Source: Hormiphora californensis | Taxonomy: Eukaryota; Animalia; Ctenophora | Direction: 5' to 3' | Assembly: GCA_020137815.1 (NCBI GenBank) | Contig: CM035362.1 | Span: 3,844,001 to 3,908,000 of the forward strand | Length of the DNA stretch: 64,000 nt | In this document: in pieces, positions 21,701 to 32,900 of the stretch | Layout: each line of letters opens with the position of its first letter | How positions within the stretch are numbered: the first letter of the stretch is position 1 | Program-made: the position numbers and the translations under genes | Notes under the pieces: model-generated | The model's database searches: none | Seen by the model: the letters and a program-made list of their open reading frames with translations, nothing else | Told to the model about the DNA's origin: nothing

Positions 21701-24437
21701 TCCTCTGAAGTGTAATGATTGTAAGAAGAGGTTTGCAACAGAAAGCAACTTGAACCGTCATATGAAGCTGTCCAGAAGATGCGGGAAGGGGGAGAGTGAG
21801 GGGGAGTCGTGTGAAAGGGAGGTTAGGAAGTTGCTGTCTACATCCCTTCCTGCTTACCTGCCCACCCAGCAACCCACTACTACTACTACTGCTGGGGATG
21901 GGGATGAGTCTCCTACATCGCAGATATCTTGTACATTCTGTGGGTCTGAGTTCGCGTCAGAAAAAACGTATAACGTTCACATCAGGAAGTTTAGATGTAA
22001 GAGGAGGTGCAAGATATGTGACTTCACGTCAGGTAAATAGTAGGAACCGACCGACGACAACCAATCAGAACTCGTTATTTAGGTCAAGTGACTGGTTATC
22101 CGCCAATCAGGGACCAGTATTTCCTGATTCGGTCGGTTCCTGGTTAGAACATCGTCAGATCATTCGACAAAGAAGATCAAAGACAAAACTGAATGTAAAA
22201 AGAGAAATTTCAGATTACTTTGATCTTCCTCCTCTGCTGTGTCGAATAGTGTCAAATGTGTGCTTGTTTTATCGGTAGAGTGTAGATCGATGTTCTCTCT
22301 ATCTCTCTCTGTCCCTCTCTCTCTCTCTCTCTCCCTCTCTCTCTCTCCACCCCAATCTCTCTAATTCCCCCACTCTCCCCCAGGTCAAAGTATCTTTGTC
22401 CACAACCAACTAACCCCACTCCCCCGAGTTCTAACTAACCCCACTCTCTCCCCTGCAGGTCAGAGTATCTTTGTCCATAACCAACTAACCCCACTCCCCC
22501 GAGTTCTAACTAACCCCACTCTCTCCCCTGCAGGTCAGAGTATCTTTGTCCATAACCAACTAACCCCACTCCCCCGAGTTCTAACTAACCCCACTCTCTC
22601 CCCTGCAGGTCAGAGTATCTTTGTCCATAACCAACTAACCCCGCTCCCCCGAGTTCTAACTAACCCCACTCTCTCCCCTGCAGGTCAGAGTATCTTTGTC
22701 CATAACCAACTAACCCCGCTCCCCCGAGTTCTAACTAACCCCACTCTCTCCCCTGCAGGTCAGAGTATCTTTGTCCATAATCAACTAACCCCACTCCCCC
22801 GAGTTCTAACTAACCCCACTCTCTCCCCTGCAGGTCAGAGTATCTTTGTCCATAACCAACTAACCCCGCTCCCCCGAGTTCTAACTAACCCCACTCTCTC
22901 CCCTGCAGGTCAAAGTATCTTTGTCCATAACCAACTAACCCCGCTCCCCCGAGTTCTAACTAACCCCACTCTCTCCCCTGCAGGTCAGAGTATCTTTGTC
23001 CATAACCAACTAACCCCGCTCCCCCGAGTTCTAACTAACCCCACTCTCTCCCCTGCAGGTCAGAGTATCTTTGTCCATAATCAACTAACTCCACTCCCCC
23101 GAGTTCTAACTAACCCCACTCTCTCCCCTGCAGGTCAGAGTATCTTTGTCCATAACCAACTAACCCCGCTCCCCCGAGTTCTAACTAACCCCACTCTCTC
23201 CCCTGCAGGTCAGAGTATCTTTGTCCATAACCAACTAACCCCGCTCCCCCGAGTTCTAACTAACCCCACTCTCTCCCCTGCAGGTCAGAGTATCTTTGTC
23301 CATAACCAACTAACCCCGCTCCCCCGAGTTCTAACTATTCCCACTCTCTCCCCTGCAGGTCAGAGTATCTTTGTCCATAATCAACTAACCCCACTCCCCC
23401 GAGTTCTAACTAACCCCACTCTCTCCCCTGCAGGTCAGAGTATCTTTGTCCACAACCAACTAACCCCACTCCCCCGAGTTCTAACTAACCCCACTCTCTC
23501 CCCTGCAGGTCAGAGTATCTTTGTCCATAACCAACTAACCCCACTCCCCCGAGTTCTAACTAACCCCACTCTCTCCCCTGCAGGTCAGAGTATCTTTGTC
23601 CACAACCAACTAACCCCACTCCCCCGAGTTCTAACAAACCCCTCTCTCCCCCAGGTCAAAGTATCTTTGTCCACAACCAACTAACCCCACTCCCCCCGAG
23701 TTCTAACTAACCCCTCTCTCTCCCCTGCAGGTCAGAGTATCTTTGTCCACAACCATATGGTCCGAGAGCACGGTCTAACAGACAGTGTGGATGATATTGA
23801 AAACTACAACAAGTCCCTCTTCCTCGAGCATTTCAACCTGAAAAACGTGGGAAGTACCGTCCCCGATGCAGACCTCCCCTCGGAGTACCATTGCACAGTG
23901 TACGAATGTGTGTTTTCAACGCTACACAAGGGCGGTCTCAACACCCACATCCGTTACCATACCGCCCAGATAGCTGCTAACAGTCAGGCGTTCCGGAGTT
24001 GCCAAAAGTGTTGTAAAATTGGGATTCCGCTGGAGGTGTTCGGAGCCCACCGGTGTGATGATGTGAAGAGTAATGAGAACTCATCAGCCGTGGAGAATGT
24101 GACGTCATCACCAGCACCAGCAGTGACGTCACCAACTGCAACAGAAAAGGAGAAAGTATCAACAACGCCTGTTAAAATTAGCTCTACCAAACTTTCCCTC
24201 TCTCTAAAACGGAAATCCGTATCTTCCTCAGTAGTAAAACTGAGTCGACCCATCGGAAGTAGCAGTAGGCCGAGTATTCCTCCCTCAAAAGCGGCTCAGA
24301 TGCAGAGTATAAGGCTGGATCTGGGTGGTGGAAAGGTGAAATACAAATGCAAACACTGCGATTTTATAGCGGAGACTAATCAGTCCATTGCGGGTCATAT
24401 GAACACACATAGGGCTAAGAAACCCAAATTACAGTGA
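15768..24437 (+). CDS. C2H2/C2HC zinc-finger protein 1 with unrecognised N-terminal domain
   Basis: Exons 15768-15912, 21289-22032 and 23731-24437 are joined by two phase-1 introns. About 7 dispersed fingers, e.g. CSKC..HKTIC, CNDC..HMKLSRRC, CKICDFTS|GQSIFVHNHMVREH, CKHC..HMNTH. Confidence 0.85.
16355..19805. mobile_element. Two tandem copies of a non-coding interspersed element (Helentron/DINE-1-like by structure) in ZF gene 1 intron 1
   Basis: The block CAAATTTCAGGCAGCGATTG..GATATCGACCTGAAATTTTGTAGGC occurs at ~16615 and ~18164. The 3' motif AACTTCGGGTCGGACGAGGGGAAGCTTGCCTTTTGCGATCATA is shared at ~18084 and ~19763. CTTCGGGTCGGA is the inverted complement of TCCGACCCGAAG near 16386 and 16484. 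Internal GCCCCTG repeats are present. Confidence 0.55.
19910..20548. repeat. 49-bp minisatellite
   Basis: TGTACTTTGTATTGTACTTTGTATGTGTAGAGGGGCTACTATGTCAGTT, about 12-13 copies. Confidence 0.95.
20940..21305 (+). repeat. ~41-bp tandem array of 3' splice site + exon start (9 acceptors)
   Basis: Unit CTAACATCCTTTTCCCTCCCTCAG|TTAAAGAGTTTGCCCCA. The last AG (21287-21288) is the in-frame acceptor of ZF gene 1 exon 2. Confidence 0.9.
22370..23755 (+). repeat. 75-bp tandem array of 3' splice site + exon start (19 acceptors)
   Basis: Unit CTAACTAACCCCACTCTCTCCCCTGCAG|GTCAGAGTATCTTTGTCCATAACCAACTAACCCCACTCCCCCGAGTT. CAG occurs at 22381, 22456 ... 23581, 23652 and 23728. Confidence 0.95.
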
Positions 24438-27400
24438 ATACGCAGGGAATTCAGAGGATATTATCTGGGTATAAATATATCTGAGTGACTGGAATCAGAC
24501 AATATATAACATATACCTGAGTCCTGAGTAGGTATAGATAGATCAGTCTGAGTGGCTTTGTCTCCGATTTGCAGGGAGGTCAGAAGATTTTTGTGTGTCT
24601 GTGCTTATATATCCGAGTTGTTGAAGGATTGGTTTGTTTGTTTGTTTGTTTGTTTGTTTGTTTGTTTGTTTGTTTGTTTGTTTGTTTGTTTGTTTGTTTG
24701 TTTGTTTGTTTGTTTTGTTTGTTTGTTTGTTTGTTTTGTGGGGGTTTTTCGGTTTGCTTTTTTCTTTTGGCCCCCTTTGGGGTTTTCTTTTTTCCCCTTT
24801 TTCCCCTTTTTTGGGGGGTTTTTTTCTTTTTCTTCACCCCCCCGGGTTTTTTTTTTCCCCCCCTTTTTATTTTTTTTTTTTTTTCCCCCCCCCCCCCCTT
24901 TTTAAAAAGGGGGTTTTTTTTTTTTTTTTTAAAAAATTTTTTCCATTCATTTTTTTTTAAATTTTTCTCTTTTAACTTTTTTTTTTTTTAATTTTTTTAA
25001 AAAAAATTTAAAGGGGTTTCCCTTTTTTCCCTTTTTTTTTTCCAATCTCTTTTTTTCCCTCCCCTTCCTCTTTCCCCTCCCTTTTCCCCCTTTTCCTTTT
25101 CCCCCCCCTTTCCCTCCACCCCCCCTTCCCCTTCCCCCTCTCCCCCCTTCCCCCTCTCCTTTCTTTTTTTCCCCCCCCCCCCCCCTTCTCCTCCCTTGTC
25201 CCCCCCCCCCACCCCCAAATTTTGCAACCCCCCCCTGAAAAAACCCCCCCCCTTTTTTCCCCCCCCCCTTTCTCTCCCTTTTGGGGGGGGGTTCCATTCA
25301 TTCCCTTTAATCTTTTTTACCCCCCCCCCACTTACCCAACCTTTCGGCTACTTTTTTTAAACCCCTTTTTTCCCCCCCCACTCTTTCTCCTTTTTTCCTC
25401 CCCTTTTTTTTTTTCCCCTCTTCCCCCTCTCTTTTTTCGGGGTCCACCCTCTTTTTCCCCCAAAAACCCCCCTTTTTTTTTTTCCCCCCCCAAACCCCTT
25501 TTTGTTTTTTTTCCTTTTTTTTTTTTTGGGTCCCCTTTTGGGGGAAAGGAAGGGGGTTTCCTTTTTAAAAATTTTTTTAAAATTTTTTTGGGGGGGTTTT
25601 TTGGGGGGTTTTTTTTTAAAAAAGTTTTTTTTCCCCTTTTTTTTTTTTGGGTTTTAAAATTTTTTAAAAAAATTATAAAACCCCCTTTTCTTCAGTTTGT
25701 TTTTTGGAATTGAATTCGTATCGGGATTATCACCGGGGATTGGCAGCTGAAAAAAAACGTTGCATTTTATAAAGAAAAAAAAAGATTTCTTAACTAATTT
25801 GAGAGATTGATGGTATTCTAAACCGTTTGGTTGGCTTATTTGTTTTTTACGGTTTATACCTTCTTTGTGATACCTGTTAAAAAATTTTTCATTCAAGTTT
25901 AAATTTCCTCCCCTTTCCCCTTCCCCCCCCCTTTTTCCCCCTCTCCCTCCCTTCCCCTTTTCCTCTCTTTCCCCCTTTTCTTTCTTTTTCGCTCTCCCTC
26001 TTTTTTCTCCTTTCCCCTCTCTCCCCCCTTTTTCTTTTTCCCCTCCTCCCCCCCTTCTCGGGGGCTTTCCCTTCCTGCTCCCTCTTGTCCCCCATATTTC
26101 CGGGGGAAAAGGGGGGGGGGGAATGGGGCCCCCTTCCTTTGGTTTCCCTGCCTTTCCCCCTCCCCCCCCTCCCCCCTTTTTCCCTTTTTTTCCCCCCCTT
26201 TTTGGGGGGGGGGGGTTTTTGGGGGAGGGGGGGGAAAAGGGGGGGGGGGGGGGGGGGGAAAAAACCCCCCCCCCCCCCCCTTGGGGGGGTTTTTTTTTTC
26301 CCCCCCCCCCCCCTTTTTCCCCCCTGGGGTGGGAGGGGGGCTCAGGGCCGGCGGGGGTTTTTTGTGGGGTGGGTTGTCCTTTCCTTTTTTGGGGTTTTTT
26401 TTTGGGGGAAATTTTTTTTTTTTTTTTTCCCTTTTTTTTTTTTTTTTTTTTCTTTTGGGGGGGGGCCCCCCCGGGGGGAGGGGGGGGGGGGGGGGGTTTT
26501 TTTCCCCTTTGTTTGGGAAAGGGGGGGAAATTTAAAAAAAAGGGGGGGGAAAGGGGGGGGGTTTTTTTTTTTTTTCCCCCCCCCCTTCCCCTTTTTTTTC
26601 CCTTTCCCCCCCCTTTTTCCCCTTTTCCCAAATTTTCCCCCCTTTGGCCCCCCGGCCCCTTCCTTTCCCCCCCCAAAGGGCCCCCCTTTTATCCTTTCCA
26701 CCTTTTCCCCCCCCCTTTTTTTTTTTTCCCCCCCCCTTTTCCCCTTTTTCCCCCCCCTTTTTCCTTTTTTTCCCCCGGGCCCTTTTCCCCTTTATTTTTT
26801 TGAGTTTTTTCCAAAAATTTTTCCCCGTTTTTCCCCCCCCCCTCTTTTTTTGGCCCCCTCCTCTCCTCCATACCGTGGGCCCCCTTGGTAGGTAATTAAC
26901 TCTCCCCATCCATCCATCCCCTCTCTCTCTCTCTCTCTCTCTCTCTCCCCCTCTCTCTCTCTCTCTCTCTCTCTCCCCTCTCTCCCCCTCTCTCTCTCTC
27001 TCTCTCTCTGGCTCTGTGTCCTGCGTGTAATATGGTAGATCTCTGAGAGGCCATGTTGTAGCAGTGGCATGGATATAGCTCACTGTATGTGTGTCGCATG
27101 TTCTTCTCCAACTCTACTTGTGAGCTCGGTTTCTTCTTTGTCAAACAAAAAAAACGTTGAAGACGACTGACTGTACAGTTCAGTCGAAATTGCTCCTGAT
27201 TTTAGCCAAATCGTAATTTGGTGTTGTTTTACAATTTGATTTTGGTGCTGTTTGACTACGGGTTTTGTTCATCCTTTTGAATTCTAAGAGGGCGTTTCTC
27301 TCGTGTGTGTCGCATGTCCTGGATGTGTAGTTCTCTACTTGTTTGACACTGTGTGTCCGCGCTACTTGTGAGCTCGGTTTTTTCTTTGTCCAAAGTGTTT

Positions 27401-27579
27401 GATTGTGAGTCACTGACACAATGTCAGTGTGTGTTTTGATGTGATTTGATGTTGTTTGACTCTTCGACACTTTTGGTGTTGTTTGACTTTTTGTGTGCAT
27501 TTTGGTGGTGTTTGCCTGTTTGACGACGGGTTGATTTCATCCTTGTTATTTCTAAGAGGGAATTTGGTTGTGTGCTCTG

Positions 27580-27687
27580 CAGGAACCGACCGAATCAAGA
27601 AATACTGGTCCCTGATTGGCTGATAACCAGTCACGTGACCTTAATAACGAGTTCTGATTGGTTGTTTACTTGTTTCGTCGGATCCTG
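27580..27687. mobile_element. ~108-bp hAT-type MITE (about 10 copies in window)
   Basis: TIR CAGGAACCGACCGA with 8-bp TSD GTGCTCTG here. Other copies: 39176-39284 (TSD GTTTAAAT), 45389-45497 (CATGAATC/CATGAAAC), 22041-22142, 28564-28672, ~47874-47982, ~58815-58921, and partial copies at 12765-12858, ~15921-16005 and ~58548-58640. Confidence 0.9.
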
Positions 27688-28145
27688 GTGCTCTGACCTG
27701 ACATTGAGTATAGCCAGTTGGGGTATACTGGGGGTATACTCAATGAGTATATATCCCAACTGGCTACTACTTCGGACACCCTATATTATGTACCATCAAA
27801 AGTCCCATGCCACGATTCCTCAAAACCCCAATTGCATGATAAAATGTATCCACCCCTACCCCCCCCCCTCAGATCACGGTCTCGATCCCACTCTTAGCCC
27901 CCATCTAACTAAGTACACACCTTCTCGATTCCCTCTCCTAATCCAATTTTACAACCCCTTCACCCTTCTATTATAGGCAGTGCATGATATGGTCTCCATA
28001 CCCCTCCAGTGACCAGTCTCCTAATATAACCCCTTATCTAACTACCACTAGGCAGTTCATGGTCTCCATTCCACTCCTAACCCCCGTGTATCTAACTACA
28101 ACTCTCTTCACCCCTTCCACCTCTGTTATAGGCACTGTGCATGTA

Positions 28146-29907
28146 ATGGTCTCGATTCCCGTTAAGATTCCCCTAAATCCCATGGTGGGAGTCCTATACC
28201 GGGAATGCAAGGAGGAATGCCGATTTTCCCAAAAATCAGACTCTGATTTTGTTCTCTTTCTCCTCAACTCAGCTGTACGGATTCTAAGCGTTGGTAAGGA
28301 CATACCCACTCTTTTCACTACCCCCCGCGGGGCCTATCATTCACGAACACTCATAGTGTCGGCCATCGGGCGATTAATAGTCCCTAGTCGGTTACCAGGT
28401 GTTAGGAGTTAGATCCCCAAAAAGGGCAGTGGGTACTAGCTAAGGGGGCTGGGAAGAATAACCAATCAAGATGATACGTGTATTCCGTCAAAAAGCTGCA
28501 ATCTAGTTTGGCAAACCCTCGACCTTCGTGGGGCGTGCCGGCAAGGGAGGGGTAACTTGATAATAGGAACCGACCGAATCAGGAAATACCGGTCCCTGAT
28601 TGGCTGATAACCAGTCACGTGACCTAAATAACGAGTTCTGATTGGTTGTTTACTTGTTTCGGTCGGTTCCTGCTTGATTTAAACCAAAAATCTAACCCCC
28701 CCAACCCGTTTCAGTAAAAGATTTCTCGCACATTATTGATTCGCCCCAGCAGCAGCATCAACAGCCTTCTACCATCGACACCTCGGCCGGCAGTGGTGTT
28801 GGGGACACCTCATTAGCTGTGACGTCACTACCCCCTGCACAGATTGAAGAAACACTGCCACCAGGTTAGCTGGTTCCATTGTAAACAAGGTGGTGTTACA
28901 AGTACAGATCTGTACAGTCGGACCCCGATTTATCGGTCCCCGATTTACACTCGAACTCCGATTTACCGGGCCCCGATTTACACTCGGACCCCGATTTACC
29001 GGGATGCTCAGGGGGAAAGAGGTTTGCCCGATAAATCGGGTTCAAAATCCCATGTTATTCACCTTTAACTCTTTTCAGTGGCAACTACGGAGACTGTAAG
29101 CACTATTGACCTAACAGCAACCACCACCCTTCCCGCCATTATCCCAGTTGCTAAGCCAACTGGGGTTGCCATAGAAACACCAGTTATTGCTAGCAACGCC
29201 GCGACAGAGTCCCCCGTTGTTGGTGTGGTTGCGAGGGAACAAGTGGACCCACCTACACAGGGGTAAGTGGCACGGTGGTCGAGTCTTGTGGTAGTCTAGG
29301 AGACGGAGCAGGATGTATATCTCATATTACTAGAGAACAATGAGAGTAGCCATGGGTGTGATTAGGGCCAAAAATAGAGAGGGTGGATGAAAGACTAGAT
29401 CAGGTCAAGTCTCTATAGAGTGTATTGGGTGAAAGACTAGAGGTCTAGAGAGGGTGGGTGAAAGAGGTCTAGACTCTAGAGACTGGAGGTCTAGAGTGTA
29501 TTGGGTGAAAGACTAGAGTCTAGAGAGGGTGGGTGAAAGAGGTCTAGACTCTAGAGACTGGAGGTCTAGAGTGTATTGGGTGAAAGACTAGAGGTCTAGA
29601 GAGGGTGGGTGAAAGAGGTCTAGACTCTAGAGACTGGAGGTCTAGAGTGTATTGGGTGAAAGACTAGAGGTCTAGAGAGGGTGGGTGAAAGAGGTCTAGA
29701 CTCTTAGTCTCTAGACTCAAGAGACTGGAGGTCTAGAGTGTAGTGGGTGAAAGGGGGGGGTATGAGATTCCATGAGGGTACATATTTAGTCAAACAGCGT
29801 CCACGATGGGGTTATTACGGATCTGCTTGATTCGATTACACAAACACCACCCCTCTCTCTCTTTCTTTCTCTCTCTTTCTTTCTCTATCTTTCTCTATCT
29901 CTCTTTG

Positions 29908-29960
<53 letters not shown>

Positions 29961-32900
29961 ATCTTTCTCTATCTCTCTTTGTCTCTCTCCCTCACACACT
30001 CCCTCTCTCTCTCCATGGACATTGGACCCTCCCCTTCTACCTTCTGTGTCATAGGTTGTGAGATCTAGAGAGGAATTGTATCTCGTCAGTAAGGCTACCA
30101 TTCTCTCTTTTACTCTCTTTAGTAAGGGTATCATTCTCTCTTTTACTCTCTTTAGTAAGGGTACCATTCTCTCTTTTACTCTCTTTAGTAAGAGTATCAT
30201 TCTCTCTTTTACTCTCTTTAGTAAGAGTACCATTCTCTCTTTTAATCTCTTTAGTAAGGGTACCATTCTCACTTTTTCGATCTTCATTAAAGTAACACTC
30301 TCTTTTACTCTCTTTATAAAAAGTAACAACCTCACTTTTACTTTCTTTTACTTTCTTTAGTAAAAACACTCTCACTTTTTCGATCTTCAGTAATAAAGTA
30401 ACATTCTCACTTTTCCACCATTATCCACACAGTGCCAACTTGGGATCATGACCTCTGTGTGCGGTGTGTGTGTATTTTGATGCTAAAAGCCCGCAATTTA
30501 CATCCCTTCCCTGTGTGGATGGAAAATCCAGGCTTCGGCATCCCCTCTTTCTCCCTATCTTCCTCCCTCTCTTTATCCCCCTCTTTCTCCCTCTCTTTCT
30601 CCCTCTCTTTCTCCCTCTCTTTCTCCCTCTCTTTCTCTGAACTCTCTTTCCCTCTCTCGTTTATTACGTAATGGACTACCAAGAGAAGTCTGAGCTTATG
30701 TAGATTGAGGTGTGCGGACTCTAGTGCTACACTCTAAGTCTACAGTGGACTCTATATCTAAATTTAGATTTAGATAAAGAGTCCAAATAAGTCTAAACTC
30801 TAGGAGGACTCTTTATCTAAAAAGTCTACACAGGGCGGACTCTTTATCTAAAAAGTCTAAACAAAGTGGACTCTATATCTACATAAATCTAAATTAGATA
30901 TAGAGTCCGCCTTTCGCCGCGAACTCGAGATTTCGGCCGTTAGGCCGGAAACGAGAGTTTGCTCTACCCCTATACTAATTTAGAAATGTTAGGGCCGTTA
31001 TTTGGGTTCGAGGTTAGGGTTAGGGTTAGTGTTAGGGTTAGGTTTTGGGTTGGGTTAGGATTTTAGACATAGAGTCCGGGTTGGAGGATTTGGCGCCAAA
31101 ATGTACTAGAGGACTCTATATCTAAAAATTCTACACAGGGCGGACTCTTTATCTAAAAAGTCTACACAGGGAGGACTCTTTATCTAAACTTTTTTCAAAA
31201 TCTAACTGTAGATAAAGAGTCCGTTTTTAGATATAGAGTCCGCCTTGGATTTAGATAAAGAGTCCGTTAGCACTAGAGTCCGCCCACCGTAGATTGAATA
31301 GTGACACGAACAAGATTCATAATGTGTCATTGGCAAACAAAATCTAACTAATTTCACCTCCCCTCAGTATCTCAGACTGTCACGATTGGTTAATTGACAA
31401 ACTGGAAAACTCCCTCGATGCCGAAACACTCCAGAAATACATCGAAAAGGTCCAAAGTGGGCTTGATGCAACTGCCCCACCCCCAGAAGGAACAGCAGCG
31501 AGCACTGCAACTGACCGGATCGAGGAGGCGGTCAATAGTTTAGTGAATGGTACCAGTGACCTCACTGCGACAGAAAGGATGGAGGATGCTGTTAGTAGCC
31601 TGGTTAATGGTGGTGATCTGAGCGCTCTGTCGGAGATTCTGGATAGGGAGAGTGTGCTTAATGAGTCGGAACTTAGGGATCTCATTTATGGGACTACAGG
31701 AGGTGAGTGTCACGTGATGCCCATATATGGTGTTGTTTGTCACGTGATGCCCATATATGGCTGGTGTCATGTTTGAATTCGCCACCTGCGCAGTGCACAC
31801 CCGTGTATTGGCCTTCGGAAACAGATTCACATATTCGTGGGATATGACACTTGTACAGTCGGACCCCGATTTGCCGGGATGCTCGGGGGAAAGGTTTTTG
31901 CCCGGTAAATCGGGGTTCCGATAAATCGGGGCCCAGTAAATCGGGGTCCAACTGTACCACTACCGGTGCCTGGTTGAAGGTCGATATTGACGTTAGCACC
32001 ATATTGTGACACAGTTCTAGAACAATCAGCTGACACTGGACCCAGCAAATTAAATCTTATTGACAACATCTTTTTTTCCAAGAATCCCCACTGATAAAAA
32101 CACTTATAGCTAGCTCTCTTTGGTTGTTTTCTCGTGAGTCGCCTGACACTGTTACGTGCGGGAATAATAAGAAAGTATGAACAATTCATATTTTCTCATG
32201 GGCGGGGTCTTATCTAGAGCTTTGTTGGCACTTGGCACGATGAAGTTCTCCCACGCACCCTTTTTATATCTCTACTGACATTAAACATGTGCAATGTTTC
32301 TTCATGCATAAGTGATTTGGTTTCGCACGTGCGGCTACTGGAGGGCCGCGCCCTATTTTTCTGATAAGAATTGATGCTACCAACTTTCTAGCACTACCCT
32401 TTTACTAGCCTTGCTCAATCCTGTATCCCCGCGCCCCGCCGAGAAACAAATGAAACTGAGGGTTAGAACATTACACCCTTTTACATCACATGTATTGGCT
32501 CCGTTCTCTCACAAACATACCTGTCCAGATATTTACCGAATGACCTAATATAATATGGGGGTTTGAAAAGGATTTAGGTAGTAGTTACTAATCACTGCAT
32601 AGTTGGTGGTGTCATGTTTGAATTCGCCGCCCCCGTGCATTGGTCTTCGGAAATAGATTCCCATATTCGTGGGATATGACACTAGTATAAGAGTCTCACA
32701 AACATACCTGTCCAGATATTTACCGAATGACCTAATATAATAAGGGGTTTTTAAAAGGATTTAGGTAGTAGTTACTAATCACTGCGCTGGCAAGCGCAAA
32801 GGTGACATTAGTAAATCGTTCCTCTGAAATGTATTCCATCGTGCTCTAATCCTCCTTCCTTTCCACCAGGTGTCGAAACGGGTGACTTCAACTGTTCAAT

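Noticed and set aside
22370-23755. CRISPR-like appearance of regular repeats (also 19910-20548 and 36868-38150)
   Set aside because: Units are head-to-tail with no unique spacers, no cas genes are present, and the context is eukaryotic and intronic.
24630-26880. Dense overlapping G/K/P/F-rich ORFs in homopolymer-run sequence
   Set aside because: The runs of single bases start right after a (GTTT)n tract and show no codon structure. This is typical of base-calling or consensus failure, not genes or a biological repeat.
30985-31065. Interstitial telomere or chromosome-fusion scar (TTAGGG; also CCCTAA near 9780-9990)
   Set aside because: Short and degenerate. The 31-kb tract is internal to a MITE with intact TIRs and TSD.
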